Position numbers and translations under genes: made by a program
Notes under the pieces: generated by a model
The model's database searches: none
Told to the model about the DNA's origin: nothing
The model's input: the letters and a program-made list of their open reading frames with translations, nothing else
Shown here: positions 28,035-42,500 of the stretch, piece by piece
How the letters are laid out: each line of letters opens with the position of its first letter
Numbering within the stretch: position 1 is the stretch's first letter
Source of the DNA: the human T2T-CHM13v2.0 reference genome, Homo sapiens
DNA: 64,000 nucleotides
Reading direction: 5' to 3' (one strand)
NCBI RefSeq assembly: GCF_009914755.1
Contig: NC_060928.1

Positions 28035-31000
28035 CAAGATTAGAAAAAAAAAAGAATAAAAAGGAACAAACAAAGCCTCCGAGAACTATGGGACTGTGTA
28101 AATAGACCAAACCTATGACTAATTGGAGTACCTGAAAGAGATAGGGAGAATGGATCAAAGTTGGAAAACACACTGTAGGATATCCTTCAGGAGAACTTCC
28201 CCAACCTAGCAAGACAGACAATTTTCAAATTTGGGAAATCCAGAGAACCCCAATAAGATACTCCTTGAAAAGATCTACCCCAAGACACATAATCATCAGA
28301 TTCTCCAAGGCTGAGATGGAGGAAAAATTGTTAAGGTCAGCCAGAGAGAAAGGCCAGGTCACCTACAAAGGGAAACACATCAGACTAACAGCGGACCTCT
28401 CAGCAGAAACCCTGCAAGCCAGATGAGATTGGGGGGCAATATTCAACAGTCTTAAAGAAAAGAAATTCCAACCCAGAATTTCATATCCAGCCACATTAAG
28501 CTTCATAAACAAAGGAGAAATAAAATCTTTTTTCAGACAAGCAAATGCTGGGGTATTTTGTCACCACCAGAGACCTGTCTTGCAAGAGCTCCTGAAAGAA
28601 GCATTAAACATGGATAGGAAAAACCATTACCAGCCACTACAAAAATACATTGAAGTACACAGACCAATGACACTATGAAGCAGCTACATTAACAAGTCTG
28701 CAGAATTAACCAGCCAGCATTATGATGACAGGATCAAATTCACACATAACAATATTAACCTTAAATGTAAATGGGCTAAATACCCCAATTAAAGGATTCA
28801 GAATGGCAAGCTGGATACAAAGACAAGACCCATCACTGTGCTGTATTCAAGAGACACATCTCATGTGCAAAGATGCACATAGACTCAAAATAAAGGAATG
28901 GAGAAAAATTTACCAAGCAAATGGAAAGCATAAAAAAGCAGGGGTTGCAATCCTAGTTTCTAACAAAATTTTTTTTGACTTTAAACCAAAATTTTTTTGA
29001 CTTTAAACCAACAAAGGTCAAAAAAGACAAAGAAGGGCGTTACATAATGTTAAAGGGTTCAATTCAACAAGAAGAGGTAACTATCCTAAATATATATGCA
29101 CCCAATACAGAAGCACCCAGATTTATAAAACAAGTTCTTAGAGACCTACGAAGAGACTTAGACCCCCACATAATAATAGTGGGAGACTTTAATACCCCAC
29201 TGTCAATATTAGATGGGTCAATGAGACAGAAAATTAATAGTTTAGACTGATCAATGAGACAGAAAATTAACAAAGATATTCAGGGCTTGAACTCAGCTCT
29301 AGAACAAGTGGACCTGATAGGTATCTACAGAACTCTCCACCTAAAGGCAACAGAATATACATTTTTTTTGACGTCACATGGCACTTACTCTAAAATTAAT
29401 CACATAATTGGAAGTAAAGCACTCCTCAGCAAATGCAAAAGAACTGAAATAATAACAGTCTCTCAGACCACAGCACAATCAAATTAGAACTCAAGATTAA
29501 AAAGCCCACTCAAAACCACACAACTACATGGAAATTGAGCAATCTGCTCCTGAATGAATGACTCCTGGGTAAATAATGACATTAAGGCAGAAATCAAGAA
29601 GTTCTTTGAAATCAATGAGAACAAAGAAACAATGTATCAGAACCTCTGGGATGCAGGTAAAGCAGTGTTAAGAAGGAAATTTATAGCACTAAATACCCAC
29701 ATAAAAAATCTAGAAAGATCTCGAATTGACACCCTAACATCACAACTAAAAGAACTAGAGAATGAAGAGCAAACAAATCCCAGAGCTAGCAGAAGACAAG
29801 AAGTAACTAAGCTCAGAGTGGAACTGAAGGAGATAAGAGTCATGAAAAACCCTTCCAAAAAAATCAATGCATCCCGTAGCTGTTTTTTTTTTAAAATCAA
29901 TGAAATAGACCACCAGCGAGACTAATAAAGAAGAAAAGAGAGAAGATTTCAAATAAACACCATCAGAAACGATAAAGGGGATACCACTACTGACGCCACA
30001 GAAATACAACCAACCATCAGATAATACCATAAGCACCTCTATGCAAATAAACTGGAAAATCTAGAAGAATGGATAAATTCCTGCACTCATAAACACCCTA
30101 CAAAGACTGAACCAGGAAGAAGTTGAATCCCTGAATAGACCAATAACAAGTCCTGAAATTGAGGCAGTAATAAATGGCCTACCAATCAAAAAAAGCCCAG
30201 CTCCCGATGGATTTACAGCTGAATTCCACCAGAGGCACAAAGAGGACCTGGTACCATTCTGAAACGATTCCAAACAATTAAAAAGGAGAGATATCTCCCT
30301 AACCCATTTTATGAGGCCAGCATCTTCCTGATACCAAAACCTGATGGAGATACAACAAAAAAAGAAAACTGCAGGCCAATATCCCTGATGAACATCAGTG
30401 CAAAAATCCTCAGTAAAATACTGGCAAATTGAATCCAGCAGCACATCAAAAAACATCCACCATGATCAAGTTGGCTTCATCCCCGGGATGCAAGGCTGGT
30501 TCAACATACACAAATCAATACATGTCATTCATCACATAAACAGAACTAAAGATAAAAACCACATGATTATCTCAATAGGTGCACAAAAGGTCTTCAATAA
30601 AATTCAACATCCCTTCATGTTAAAAACTCTCAATAAACTACGTATTGAAAGAACATACCTCAAAATAATAAGAGCCATTTATGATAAACCCACAGCCAGC
30701 ATCATACTGAATGGGCAAAAGCTGGAAGCATTCCCCTTGAAAACTGGCACAAGGCAAGGATACCCTCTCTCACTAGTCTTATTCAATGTAGTATTGGAAG
30801 TTCTGGCCAGGGCAATTAGGCAAGAGAAAGAAATAAAGCGTATTCAAATAGGAAGAGAGGAAGTCAAATTTTCTTTGTTTGCAGATGACATGATCCTATA
30901 TCTCGAAAACCCCATCATTTCAGCCCAAAAGCTTCTTAAGCTGATAAGCAACGTCAGCAAAGTCTCAAGATACAAAGTCAATGTGCAGAAGTCACAAGCA

Positions 31001-32810
31001 TTCCTATACACCAACAACAGACAAGAAGAAATGCAAATCATGAATGAACTCCCATTCACAATTGCCACAAAGAGAATAAAATACTTAGGAATACAGCTAA
31101 CAAAGGAAGTGAAAGACCTCTTCAAGGAGAACTACAAACCACTGCTTATAGAAATCAAAGAGGACACAAGCAGATGGAAAAACATCCAATGCTCATGGAT
31201 AGGAAGAATCAATATCATGAAAATGGCCATACTGCCCAAAGGAATTTATAGATTCAATGCTATTCCCATTAAACTACCATCGACATTCTTCACAGAATTA
31301 GAAAAGACTAATTTAAAATTCATATGGAACCAAAAAACAGTTCACATTGCCAAGACAATCCTAAGCAAAAAGAAGAAAGCTGGAGGTATCACACTATCCA
31401 ACTTCAAACTATACTACAAGTCCACAGTAAAAAAAAAAAAATAAAACCAGCATGGTACTGGTACAAAAACAGGCACATAGACCAAAGGAACAGCATGCAG
31501 AGCTCAGAAATAAAACTGCACATCTACAACCATCTGCTCTTCAACAAACCTGACAAAAACAAGAATGGGGAAAGCACTCCCTATTTTAAAAATGGTACTG
31601 GGAGAACTGGCTAGCCATATGCAGAAAATTGAAACTGGATCCCTTCCTTACACCCTATACAAAAGCTAACTCAAGATGGATTAAGGACTTAAATGTAAAA
31701 CCCAAAACTATAAGAACCCTAGAAGAAAATCTAGGCAATACTATTCAGAACATAGGCATGGGCAAAGACTTTATAATGAAATTGCCGAAAGCAATTAAAA
31801 CAAAAGCAGAAATTGACAAATGGAATTTAATTAAACTAAAGAGCTTCTGCACAGCAAATTAAACTATTATCAGACCAGACAGACAGCCTACAGAATGGGA
31901 GAAAATTTTTGCAATCTCTCCATCTGACAAAGGGTGAATATCAAGAATCTACAAGGAACATAAGCAAATTTACAAGAAAAAAAACAACCCCATTAAAAAG
32001 TGGGCAAAGGATTTGAACAGACACTTCTCAAAAACAGATACTGCAGCCAGCAAACATGAAAAATAGCTCAACATCACTGATCATTAGACAGAGGCAAATC
32101 AAAACCACAATGAGATACTACCTCACGCCAGTCAGAATAGCAATGATTAAAATGTCATGAAACAACAAATGCTGGTGAGGTTGCGGAGAAATAGGAACAC
32201 TTTTACACTGTTGGTGGGAATGTAAATTAGCTCAAACATTGTGGAAGACAGTGTGGCAATTCCTCAAAGATTTAGAACCAGAAATATCATTTGACCCAGT
32301 AATCCCATTACAGGGTATATACCCAAAGGAATATAAATCATTCTATTGTAAAGATCCATGCACGCGTATGTTCATTGCATCACTGTTCACAACAGCAAAG
32401 ACGTGGAATCAACCCAAGTGCCCATCAATGATAGACTGGATAAAGAAAATGTGGTACATATACATCATGGAATACTATGAAGCCATAAAAAGGAATGAGA
32501 TCATGTCCTTTGTAGGGACATGGACGAAGCTGGAAGCTGCTATTCTCTGAAAACTAATGCAGGAACAGAAAACCAAACACCGTAAGTGGGAGCTGAACAA
32601 TGAGAACACATGGACACAAGGAGGGGAACAACACACACTGGGGCCTGTCATGGGAGGGTGCTGGGAGGAGAGCATTAGGGAAAAGAGCTAATGCATGCTG
32701 GGCTTAATACCTAGGTGATGGGTTGATAGGTGCAGCAAACCACCATGGCACACATTTACCTATGTAATAAACCTGCACATCCTGCACATGTACCCCGGAA
32801 CTTAAAAGAA
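28035..32810 (+). mobile_element. 5'-truncated, decayed L1PA (about PA8-PA11 age): ORF1 3' part, fragmented ORF2, 3' UTR
   Basis: ORF2 starts MMTGSNSHITILTLNVNGLN at 28722. Endonuclease motifs (IQETH, VGDFNTPL) and RT motifs ([17 protein letters not shown]) are present with many stops and frameshifts. Candidate TSD GAAAAT(T/G)TAGA at 28024-28034 and 32808-32818. Confidence 0.95.
30398..31444 (+). pseudogene. L1 ORF2 reverse-transcriptase open fragment (348 aa)
   Basis: ORF track: [17 protein letters not shown]...[14 protein letters not shown]...IKYLGIQLT, flanked by frameshifts. Confidence 0.93.
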
Positions 32811-34552
32811 AATGTAGAAAAACGGGTAGAGAAGAGTGATTTACATACTTCATTTTCCAATTAGTGCATGTGAAAATAATTCATCTTGGTAGTATTGTCC
32901 AGATACTATCTCTTCCTGTTTAGGTCCAGGAACAGTCTGCTTGTGTTTTTTATTGTCAAATGAGTTGTTCTCTAATTTCATCTCTCACTGGGAGAAAAAG
33001 AATAACAATACTCATACTCAAAATGCTGTGGCTGTTTAGAATCTGTTTATATGAAAATAATATAGATCTTGCCTCTGCAGTTCCCTAATACCATTCATTG
33101 ATGTTGTTTGTATTATTCGTGATGCTGTTTCATCCATTGTGTTGCCTGTGAATATTGGTTTCCAATGACTAAAGGTTTGTTAGTGTGCTTTGTTGATGGT
33201 CATCACAAATGCAAGTGTTCCATGGAGTAGGAAGAAAAAAATAGGAATGATAATTTCTGGTCATGTTAAATTTATTTTTCAGAATTTTATAACTTAGAAA
33301 CACATCTTTCAGTTATACTTTTCTTGAACTCATTAGATCATATTCACTGCATTCCTAAAATGTGATCCCTTTCAATGTTGACCTCTCTTCTGTCCCCTAT
33401 TCCCCCATACAGCCACCAGCAGAAAGGAGAGATGAGTAAGAATGTTCTCATTGGCACAAGGAATGTTTGTCCCTAGAATGGCACAGCTTAAGACAGAACC
33501 AGGAAATCACAGGTTTACCACATTGATGAGAAGCAGGAGAAGGCTTGATTGGAAAGGCCCATTGGTGTTGCTGATCAACAATCTAGAAAGCCCTTAGAGG
33601 ACAGGCATAGTTAACCTCAGAAAACTCTGTGACATTAGCTAGTGTGCTTTGTGGAGAGAGTCAGGTAAGTAAGGGGTTTGGAGAACATGTTCAGGTTCAG
33701 GAACATTCTACACTTAAATGGGCTTACTCTTACCCTCTGCTTCAATCCCCATCCCTTCTACAGGTTAGATCTTGGGACAGCCCACATACCTAGACAAACT
33801 TAGGCTTTCCAGCTTGCACTGGACCAGGGTGGAAAGGTAAGGAAAAGAAACACATCCGCAACATTTTACTGCTTTTTTTTAGATCAACCTCACCCATTTA
33901 AGGAGTGTGGACTGACGGCTATCACATTACAAACAGACTGGGTTGAATTAGAGGTGGAGAAAGAGGCTGAGAATGTCACTTTAGGGGTGCTCCTCCATAT
34001 GGAGACACAGGAGTGAGGAATCAATGATTTCTCCCAACAGCTTCAAACAGATAGATCTATTGTGTGAATTTCTTGGGGATCTGATCTTAGTCTTGTGACT
34101 TCTGACTTCTTACATGTTGATTGTTTCCTCGTGTGTCTTGAAATTATGAATTAAGAATTTTTCTTAAGTAGTGTAATTTCTGTGGAAATTTGATGGGCCT
34201 GTTTGAGGATGTGTTATTCCAAAGACATTCTGCCTTTGCTTTTGCCAGATGTACAGAGGACATTACTGGCATGAGACTTCTTTTTGTGCTTACAATTTAA
34301 TGTGGGTAGTTCCAGATCATATTCAAACTCAAATCTGTGTGACTATGAGGATAAACCCAATGTAAATTTTTTGTTAACCAGGGCCCAGATTAAGACAGAC
34401 ATGCTTCCTTTATGTTTCCCTGTGAATCTGAGTGGGTTCTTGCCTCCCCATCTCACACATATTCATTGAGGATGTAGCTCTTCAGAGGTTTCAGCCTTAC
34501 TGGGAGGGCCATTCCTTAAAGGCTTCCTGGGGTCTCAAGACCATGTTTCCTG

Positions 34553-35187
34553 TGTGAAAGTTGTCTATACAAAAATGGAGTCACTTCTGTCAAACCGTAA
34601 GGAAAGAGAGCTTGGAGACCATGAAGGGAGGACCTTCTTACATGTTTGCATGATAACAGAAACTATCACAACAGATTGTCAAAACCACAACCTTGTACAA
34701 AGATTACATCTATAAGGATGCCTGCCCAGCAGCTGTCTGTCCACTAATGAACTGATGCCACTCTTGTTATTAATCCTTGTAGCCAAGGATATCATTTCAA
34801 AACAACGAATGTAACCTCCTTCGTTTTGCCTTTATTTTCATATTGTTTTGAATTATGTGTAAGTAATAATATAATTTCTGGGTTATTCCAAATTCCCTTT
34901 TGTAAGTTATCCTTAAGTTATTTCGCACACTGCTAAGTTTAATTTAACCTAGCTAGTTTTGTTTAATAGGTTAAAAGGAATTAAATTGGTTTTAAAATAA
35001 ATTATGCTGTGAATAATAAAAACGCTAATAGGAAATATATTCCATTAAAAAAACCCCTTGTCTTCTTTGCTTCTCTGGATGCACCTATGGCCCTCTATAG
35101 CATGTATATCTGATTACAATCCCCTGCTATTACCAGATAAACTCTGATCTGGAAGCCAGTCTCTCTGCTGTTTATTTTAGGTTGACA
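34553..35187 (+). mobile_element. ERV1 solo LTR (MER34/MER39-like)
   Basis: TG...CA ends: tgtgaaagttgtctatacaaaaatggagtcac ... tttaggttgaca. Confidence 0.65.
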
Positions 35188-36384
35188 CCAGCTGGGGTGG
35201 GCATTAAACCCTTTATGATAGAGGTCTGCAAATTGTCCCAGGTCTGTTATAGCATCGCTTACATGCTTTCTACTTGGATATTTAATTGTCTTTGTTTTGG
35301 CCTCTGGGAATTTCCCTTACTTTCTTAAGAGCTATGTCAAAGGATATTTGCTTTATTTTATAAAACATAAGTATGAAATATTTATACTTTATAAATATAC
35401 TTTTAATACTCATCATTCATAAGTATAATAATTTTGTAAGTATTTAAATAAGTAGTAGTAGATGTTTCAAGTTCTCTAGTCTGCTACTTTTAGATCTTTA
35501 GATATTCTAATTCTTCTGCCTGGAACGCTCTTTTCCCTTTTCACTTGACTAAACCAGAGGTCACATCCTTAAGGAAGCTGTGAGCTTCAAGTTTGAATTA
35601 AATACCCTCCACTCTTTACCCTCAGTGCATAGATCTAATGGCTTGTTTGCCCTCGTGTGTTTCCTCCACTGAACTGCAAGCTCTGTGAGCCCATGCCTAT
35701 TTAGTGTACCCTAGCTTGACACTTAGTAGAGAACCAACTATTTGTGAATGAATGCATGTCTTCTGTTGACATGTTTGCTTATTATTATTTTTTTTAATCC
35801 TGCCTCTTGGCTTGAAGTTGTTTGTTTCCATAGATTTTTAGCCTTCCGCCTTTATGAATTTTCGTTGGTGTCTAGCAATAAAAGCTCCCACTGGGAGTAA
35901 CTTCACACTGGTTGTCAATTTATTAATGAAAGCCTGGCAACTAACATGTTTTTCACAGTAGAAACAGAAATATATTTTTCTAAAAACTTTTTTATTATTC
36001 AGTCAGTTTTTTCATATTACATTTCAGCTCTTGTTCAACTGAGGATTCTTTTAAAAATGCTATATTGATTTTTCTATTGCCCTTCACTAAAATTACCTTC
36101 TTCATTATAAAAAACTCAATTTTATGTCAGGTAAGAAACAATGGGAATCTATTCTTTTACTCCATAGGTATTTGTTGAGTCCCTTCAAAGTACAAGAAAG
36201 AATGCAGAGAGATGCTGGTAGTTCAGGAAGGCTGTGTAATTCAGGTGGGGCCGGGGAGAACTGAATGTTTCTCGAGGATGGAGCCAGAGTAGAAAAAGAG
36301 CAGCAGAGGCTCCAGAAAACAAAGTTACAGTCCTCTCCTCATCTTCCAAGGAGTGTTACTGATTTACTGATTCTTTTCTATAGG

Positions 36385-37075
36385 TTTTATTTTTAATTGA
36401 CACCTAGCAATTGACACCTAGCAATTGCACACATTTATGGGATACAGTGTGATATTTCCATATATATATTATATATATATATATATAGCATAATGATCAA
36501 ATCAGGGTAATTGTCTAATCCATCATCTCAAACATTTATCATTTCTTTGCAGTGAGAACATTCAAAATCCTCTCTTCTAGTTATTTGGAAATATAAAGTA
36601 CAATATTGTTAACTATAGTCACCTTACTGTGCACTAGAACACCAGAACTTATTCCTCCCATGTATCTGTAATTTTGTATCTGTTGACCAATCTCTTCCCC
36701 TTCCCGACCCCCCAACCCCAGCCTTTGGTAACCATCTACAGTGTACTTCTATGAGATCGGTTTTTAAAAATTCCACAAATTAATGAGATTACGTGGTATT
36801 TGTCTTTTTGTGCCTGGCTTATTTCACTTAACATAATGTCTTCAGGTTCATTTATGTTGCCACAAATGACAGGATTTCATTCTTCTGAATGGCTGAATAG
36901 TATTCCATTGTGTATATATACCACATTTTCCTTATTCATTCATCCTTTGATGGACAATTAGGGTGATTCCGTATCTTGGCTATTGTTAATAGCTGCAATA
37001 AACATGGGAATGCAGGTATCTCTCTGACATTATTTTATTTCTTTTGGATAAATACCCAGTAGTGGGATCGCTGGA
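36385..37075 (-). mobile_element. L1MA-like 3' end
   Basis: aatgatcaaatcagggtaatt...gtgcctggcttatttcacttaacataatg...ggataaatacccagtagtgggat. Includes a 14-bp tandem duplication (aattgacacctagc)x2. Confidence 0.88.
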
Positions 37076-37099
37076 TCTACTTATTTGTCCTTTATTTAA

Positions 37100-37265
37100 A
37101 ATTATTTTATTTTTTAGCGATAAACGTCCCACTCTATCACCTAGGCTAGACTGCAGTGGCTTGATCTTAGCTCACTGTAACCTTCAACCCCTGGGCTCAA
37201 GCAACCCTTCTGCCTCAGCCTCCGGAGTAGTTTGGACTAAAGGCGTGAGCCACCATACCCAGCCA
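37100..37265 (-). mobile_element. Alu monomer/fragment (FLAM/AluJ-like)
   Basis: cactctatcacctaggctagactgcagtggc...gtgagccaccatacccagcc. Confidence 0.75.
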
Positions 37266-37608
37266 ACTTACTTATTCTCATAGGCTCAGTAGAGCAACTT
37301 TAGTAGCTATTTCTGTAGGCTTTTCTGGAGAGAGAGAGAGAAAGAGAGACAGATAGAGAGCAGTTGTAGCTGAGGTAGAGTTGATGACCACGTTTCATGG
37401 CAGATCAGTGAGACCAGAGAATTCCTGACTTTCAGAGCTGGGTGGTAAAGGGGGAAGTTTGCTTCTTACAGTTACATGCTGATTGGTGTCATATAAAGCC
37501 TTAAAACACTCCTATTGGGTAAGACAAAAATGATATGAAGTGGAAATGTGAAAAATAGCTTTGCAGGTAGTTAGTATCAGGTATATTAAAGTTAGAAACT
37601 ATTATGAA

Positions 37609-37870
37609 GGTTGGCATGGTGGCCAATGCCTGTAATTTCAGCACTTTGGGAGGCCGAGGTGGGTGGATGGCTTGAGCCTAGGAGTTCGAGATGCTGTCTC
37701 TACAAAAAATGGGTGTGGTGGCATGGGCCTGTGATCCCAGCTACTTGGGAGACTAAGGTGGGAAGATCACTTGAGCCCAGGAGACATAGGTTGCAGTGAG
37801 CTGAGAAAGCATCACTGTACCCCTGCCTGGGCAACAGAGTGAGACCCTGTCTCAAAACAAAACAAAAAAA
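37609..37870 (+). mobile_element. AluJ (internally deleted)
   Basis: gcctgtaatttcagcactttgggaggccgagg...gagaccctgtctcaaaacaaaac. Confidence 0.88.
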
Positions 37871-39514
37871 CCCAAACCCTGTTATTATAGTTCATGTTCA
37901 GTGTTTTTTTCTTTAGCTATGCAAGCTTGTCCCTGAGATTCCAGTTTAGGAAGAGGAATCCTAAAATTGGGATTGCCGTTAGATAACTGAAAGAACCAAC
38001 TCAGTTCCTGTGGCTACTGCCTAAAATCCCTTTGTCCACCATAAACACACCTTTGCACAGGTGTGTGCACATGCACACAAACACACATACTTAAAATGAG
38101 GAAAGCCAGGAAGAGAAATCACATATGCTAGTCAGTCAGATTTCTTTTGATTAAAATAATCATGATTTTTATTCTATTTGTAACTTGTGGGTTTTATTTT
38201 GAACAAATGGTTTGTGAACTGGAAACATGTTTTTCTGAGCTATAATCTGAATACAGCTTAAAACTGTGAAGAATATTTTCTTCAAGTTTTAAGTATTTCT
38301 TCTAATTTAATGTTATGTGCCTTAAGAATAGAAAATCATAGGCTGACATTTCCATATATCAAATGTAAGAATCCCTGTTTGCTAAGAATGCTACAGAACT
38401 AAGAGCAACAAAGCAGGTTCAAGAGTTGTCAAATGTGTCCCTTTTCCATAGGAAGGGTAGATGTCTACCCAAATGGAATATTGAGTATCAGAGACTTCAA
38501 ATGATAACTTTTGTTTGTTTGGAGAAAATCTTGAGGACGTGATCACTGTACAAAAGGTAATAAGCAAGTCTTAAACAATTTTCCCCCCTACCTTTTATTT
38601 TCTCTATTGATTTTTTTCCATTTATTTTTATTTAGCCACTAAAAATCTTAAAAAAAAACACACAGTTTTATTAGTTCTTTATGGTCAGGAAGGAAGATTA
38701 CTTCTTTAAATATAACTAAAACTCTGGCACTCTCTAGTGGTCAGAGAATCTAAAATATTGTTCTACATGAGCTTATACTTTACTTCTTCCTTTAGCTTTA
38801 TGAATTAGACATAACCTAGATATTCTGCCCCACATGAAGAAGGCTTGTCTAATGGCAAAATAATGAAATCAGAAATTCTGCATTTACTCATAATTTCACA
38901 CCTCTAGACTAGAAGCACTGAGATACAGTGGTGTGGGAGTCTGTGAAGGCATTTTCTTAGCTATTACCAGATGAACTAAATTAAGAAATGTTAACTGTAA
39001 AAACTCAGACAAACCAAACCTGCTGGGTGAGGGAATTCCTGTCTCTAATGCTTCCAGATAGCCCATTTGGCTTGTAAGAGTGGATTTGAGACCTTTATAA
39101 ATTTAAATTCAAAAAGAGAACTAAGGAATAGACCCCTTGCTTTGCAACTAGACAGATCTGGGCTCAAATCCAGCTTATGCCATTTGGCCAAGTATTCAGC
39201 TCCAAGCCTCAGCTCCTCATGGAGCATCAGGCTGGTAATAATCACCCTCCAAAGAGTCATTATTGACTTGAAGTGAGAAGGAGATGGAAAACATTGCCCC
39301 CAAATTGGCAACAAAGAGTATTAATAAAAGGAAGACTATTATTGAGAAGAGTCTAGGCTAAGGAAAGGATTACTTTTCTTCGGCTAATAGGATCACAGGT
39401 TAGCTTGATTAAAGTCTCTCAAAGTATTGGGCCCATTCTCTCTGCCTAAAATCCAAACTCCCCTATTAATTCCCCTCCCTTAAAATTCAGAGTCCCCTAA
39501 TAATCACACAGTAT

Positions 39515-42500
39515 TCATACCTACTTGATCATTCTTTTTATTTTTACAAAGCATGGCAAAATGAGGAAACCACTGACAGGTGAAGAATTTGCACAATGGA
39601 AAACCACCTTGACCATCTCATGACTTTATACAGGAATCGGAGGTAAGTGTTCCTTTAAAGTGATTTTGTCATGAAAGAGTCATCTGAAATGACTCTCGTG
39701 ATGGAGGAAAGGAAAGTAATGAAATCAACATTCATGGTTATTTAAAATGCCTTAAAAGCTAAGCATAATATACATAGTAACTCCTTTTCCTAGTATAAAA
39801 ATAGTGCCAGAAACTATATTTGTTCAAATATATTGAAAAGGTATAAGAATACAAATAGATATTAACAGTGGCTAGTGATGCCTCATAAGGTTTTCTTAAA
39901 CTGTAATATAAATTTATATTTTCAACTATTTACATTGCTTTCAACAACATTCATTAAGACATGTTTACACAGGCTTTTAGTAAGTATATGGAATGGTAAA
40001 GTGAGCTTTAATACTTTCTTCTTCACTCTCTGTAGTAGAGCAGAAGGGGTCCAAAACCATGCACAATTTAACAGTCCAGAAGAACTGTGTAATCTTTACC
40101 TGGCTAGCACATGGAAAAAATAAACTATATACAAGAATACAAAACTCCTAAAGTGTTCTTCAACTATCAGCAGGTTAAGTGATTCATACTTGCAAAAAGA
40201 CAGGATGTTTGTTTACTGGTAGATTCTTAGTAAGTTTCAGGTAAAGAAGGTGCATAAAACATATGTTATTGATGAAAATGGAAATGATGCAGTATACCCC
40301 ATGTTCTCACATTAAATTGGCAGTATCAGAAGCTAAGTCTCTTCTCTAGCACCTCCTTCAGGGACCGTGAGCTCCTTGGGGTCACTGCTCTGTCTCCACA
40401 GCAGAGCATGGTACCTAACATGTGGCAGGACTCAATAAAAGGTGGGTCAGTGTATTTCTGATACAAAACAATTAAATTGTGCCACCTTATTTTGACTACA
40501 GTTGTTCATAAGAGAGGATAACGATGACATTTTGTATCCTCTCATATTAAATCAATCTTGTAAACAAAAGACAATTGCTTGTGATGGCCTGTTAAGTTTT
40601 AGGAGTACAATCTGGTGAAAAACACAGAAAAAAATTGTAGATCAAATTGGAACAGGTCTAATATTTATTTGCTATGCTGAAAATAAAGGCACTTCACTGC
40701 TAGGCAAGAATATATCTGTGACTGAACAGTTTTCTCCAAGAATCCAATATTTCCAGTATATTTTCATATACTTTCTTATCTCTAATACTCCTATTAAAGG
40801 AAACTATTATTCAAAATTAAGAGACAGTGGTGACAACATCATCATCCTGGGTTTGTACCTTGAAGCAATATACTCAATGAGCTCTAAATCTCACATTCAC
40901 TAGTGATCTGCAAGTGAAGCTGAATAAATATATTCTCTTTGTTCAGTCATGGAAACTCAACATTAGAAATGACATGTGGGAATAGATCACCTTCTCTCTA
41001 GACTAATATCCCATTTCTGACAGTGGTCTCCATGGCCCATTGGGGCTTATAAAGTAGCTGCCTTCTGTGACATTCTGCTTGAAGACAAAGGCTTTGCCCA
41101 AACATAACTCCTTTTAAAAAAGCACAACTTGTTTAGGCACACAGAGGTTAAGTGACTTACACAAATCCACCCAGGATTGTGATTGGCACGGTCTAATCTA
41201 CTGAAAAATATAAGGCCAGGCAATTATATAGATATCTTTTAACAAGTTAGTAAAATAGTGGGGACTTTTCTGGCTAAAAATTGTAATTAAATGGTATGTT
41301 ACTCTGTTATAACTAAACAAACAAAAAATCTAGAACAAGAACTTCTTGCTAGTTATGGGTAATATAAATACAGAGTAAGGTGAAGGAGGACTGTATGTAT
41401 ATTTTTCCAACTTGAGAAGATACTAGAAAGGAAATTAAAAATTATTTGAACCAATTAACCAGCCCTAAAGAAGTACTCTGCTTTGTATGAACTAAAATAT
41501 CCAACAAAGAAATAAAATAGGCATTGCCCAGCTTCCTTTAATGTCTCAACTAGTAAAGTAAAATAAACAATATTCAAAGGCAGACCAAACCATTTCTAAT
41601 CTAAATATATCTTCTTGCTTATTAAAATGACACACATACAAAGCCTCTAAACACGATCTACCATGTCTTTAAAAAATTTCTCAGTGACACATACTAGAGG
41701 GGACCAAACAAACTACTAAAGCATAAGTACATATTTTAGCATAACTGCTAAATCACAATGTAATAAAAAGGTTTATTAAAGATTGCTATTCTTTATGCAA
41801 TTTTTCTATACTAAGGATTTATGTATGCATGCATAAGTATACACCTGTATGTATATATAACTATTATTTTAGTGATAGTCTGTGTATTTTACACACCAGT
41901 GCCACAAAGGGGCAACCTTACAAATTTTATCTGTATGGCAAAAAAAATAAAATATCCTGAAAATACAAGTATACAATACATATAGCATTAAACAGTTGGT
42001 AACTTCCTAGATTAACCTTTACCAAATACAAAATAATGGCAATACAATGTGTTTTGCTTCTATTTTTTGTTTTTTTACCAGAATGATAAAAATAAAACTG
42101 CATTATGTCAAGATATTTGTACACACTCAGAATTTTAAAAACTTAAGGAACATACTGAATTTTAGGCAAAATTTAGGGGAATCGGGACATAGATGGAAAA
42201 CACATTTTGGCGAAAGGTCCTTGAGAATGCTGGATTACCATGTCCCTTAGAAATTTTCTATCCAAATTAGTGATAGAAACTCAGATCAAATATCTTTTTT
42301 GTGGGTTGGAGGTAGAAGTTAACAAATCAAGCAAATCTCTCCTTCTACTCTCCCCAAATCCAAACATTCCTGCATATTTGAAACAAATTTTCCTTTCCTA
42401 GACCAGTTGCTTAATTCATTATCTACTTCTCCAATATTGAGTAAATGTGTCTTTAGGGGCACACATGTAGAATATTAATCCACTTAAATGGGCTCAAATT

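Noticed and set aside
30398-31444. 348-aa reverse transcriptase ORF as a novel retron/DGR-like or domesticated RT system
   Set aside because: It is an ordinary L1 ORF2 fragment, collinear with frameshifted EN and C-terminal pieces and an L1 3' UTR.
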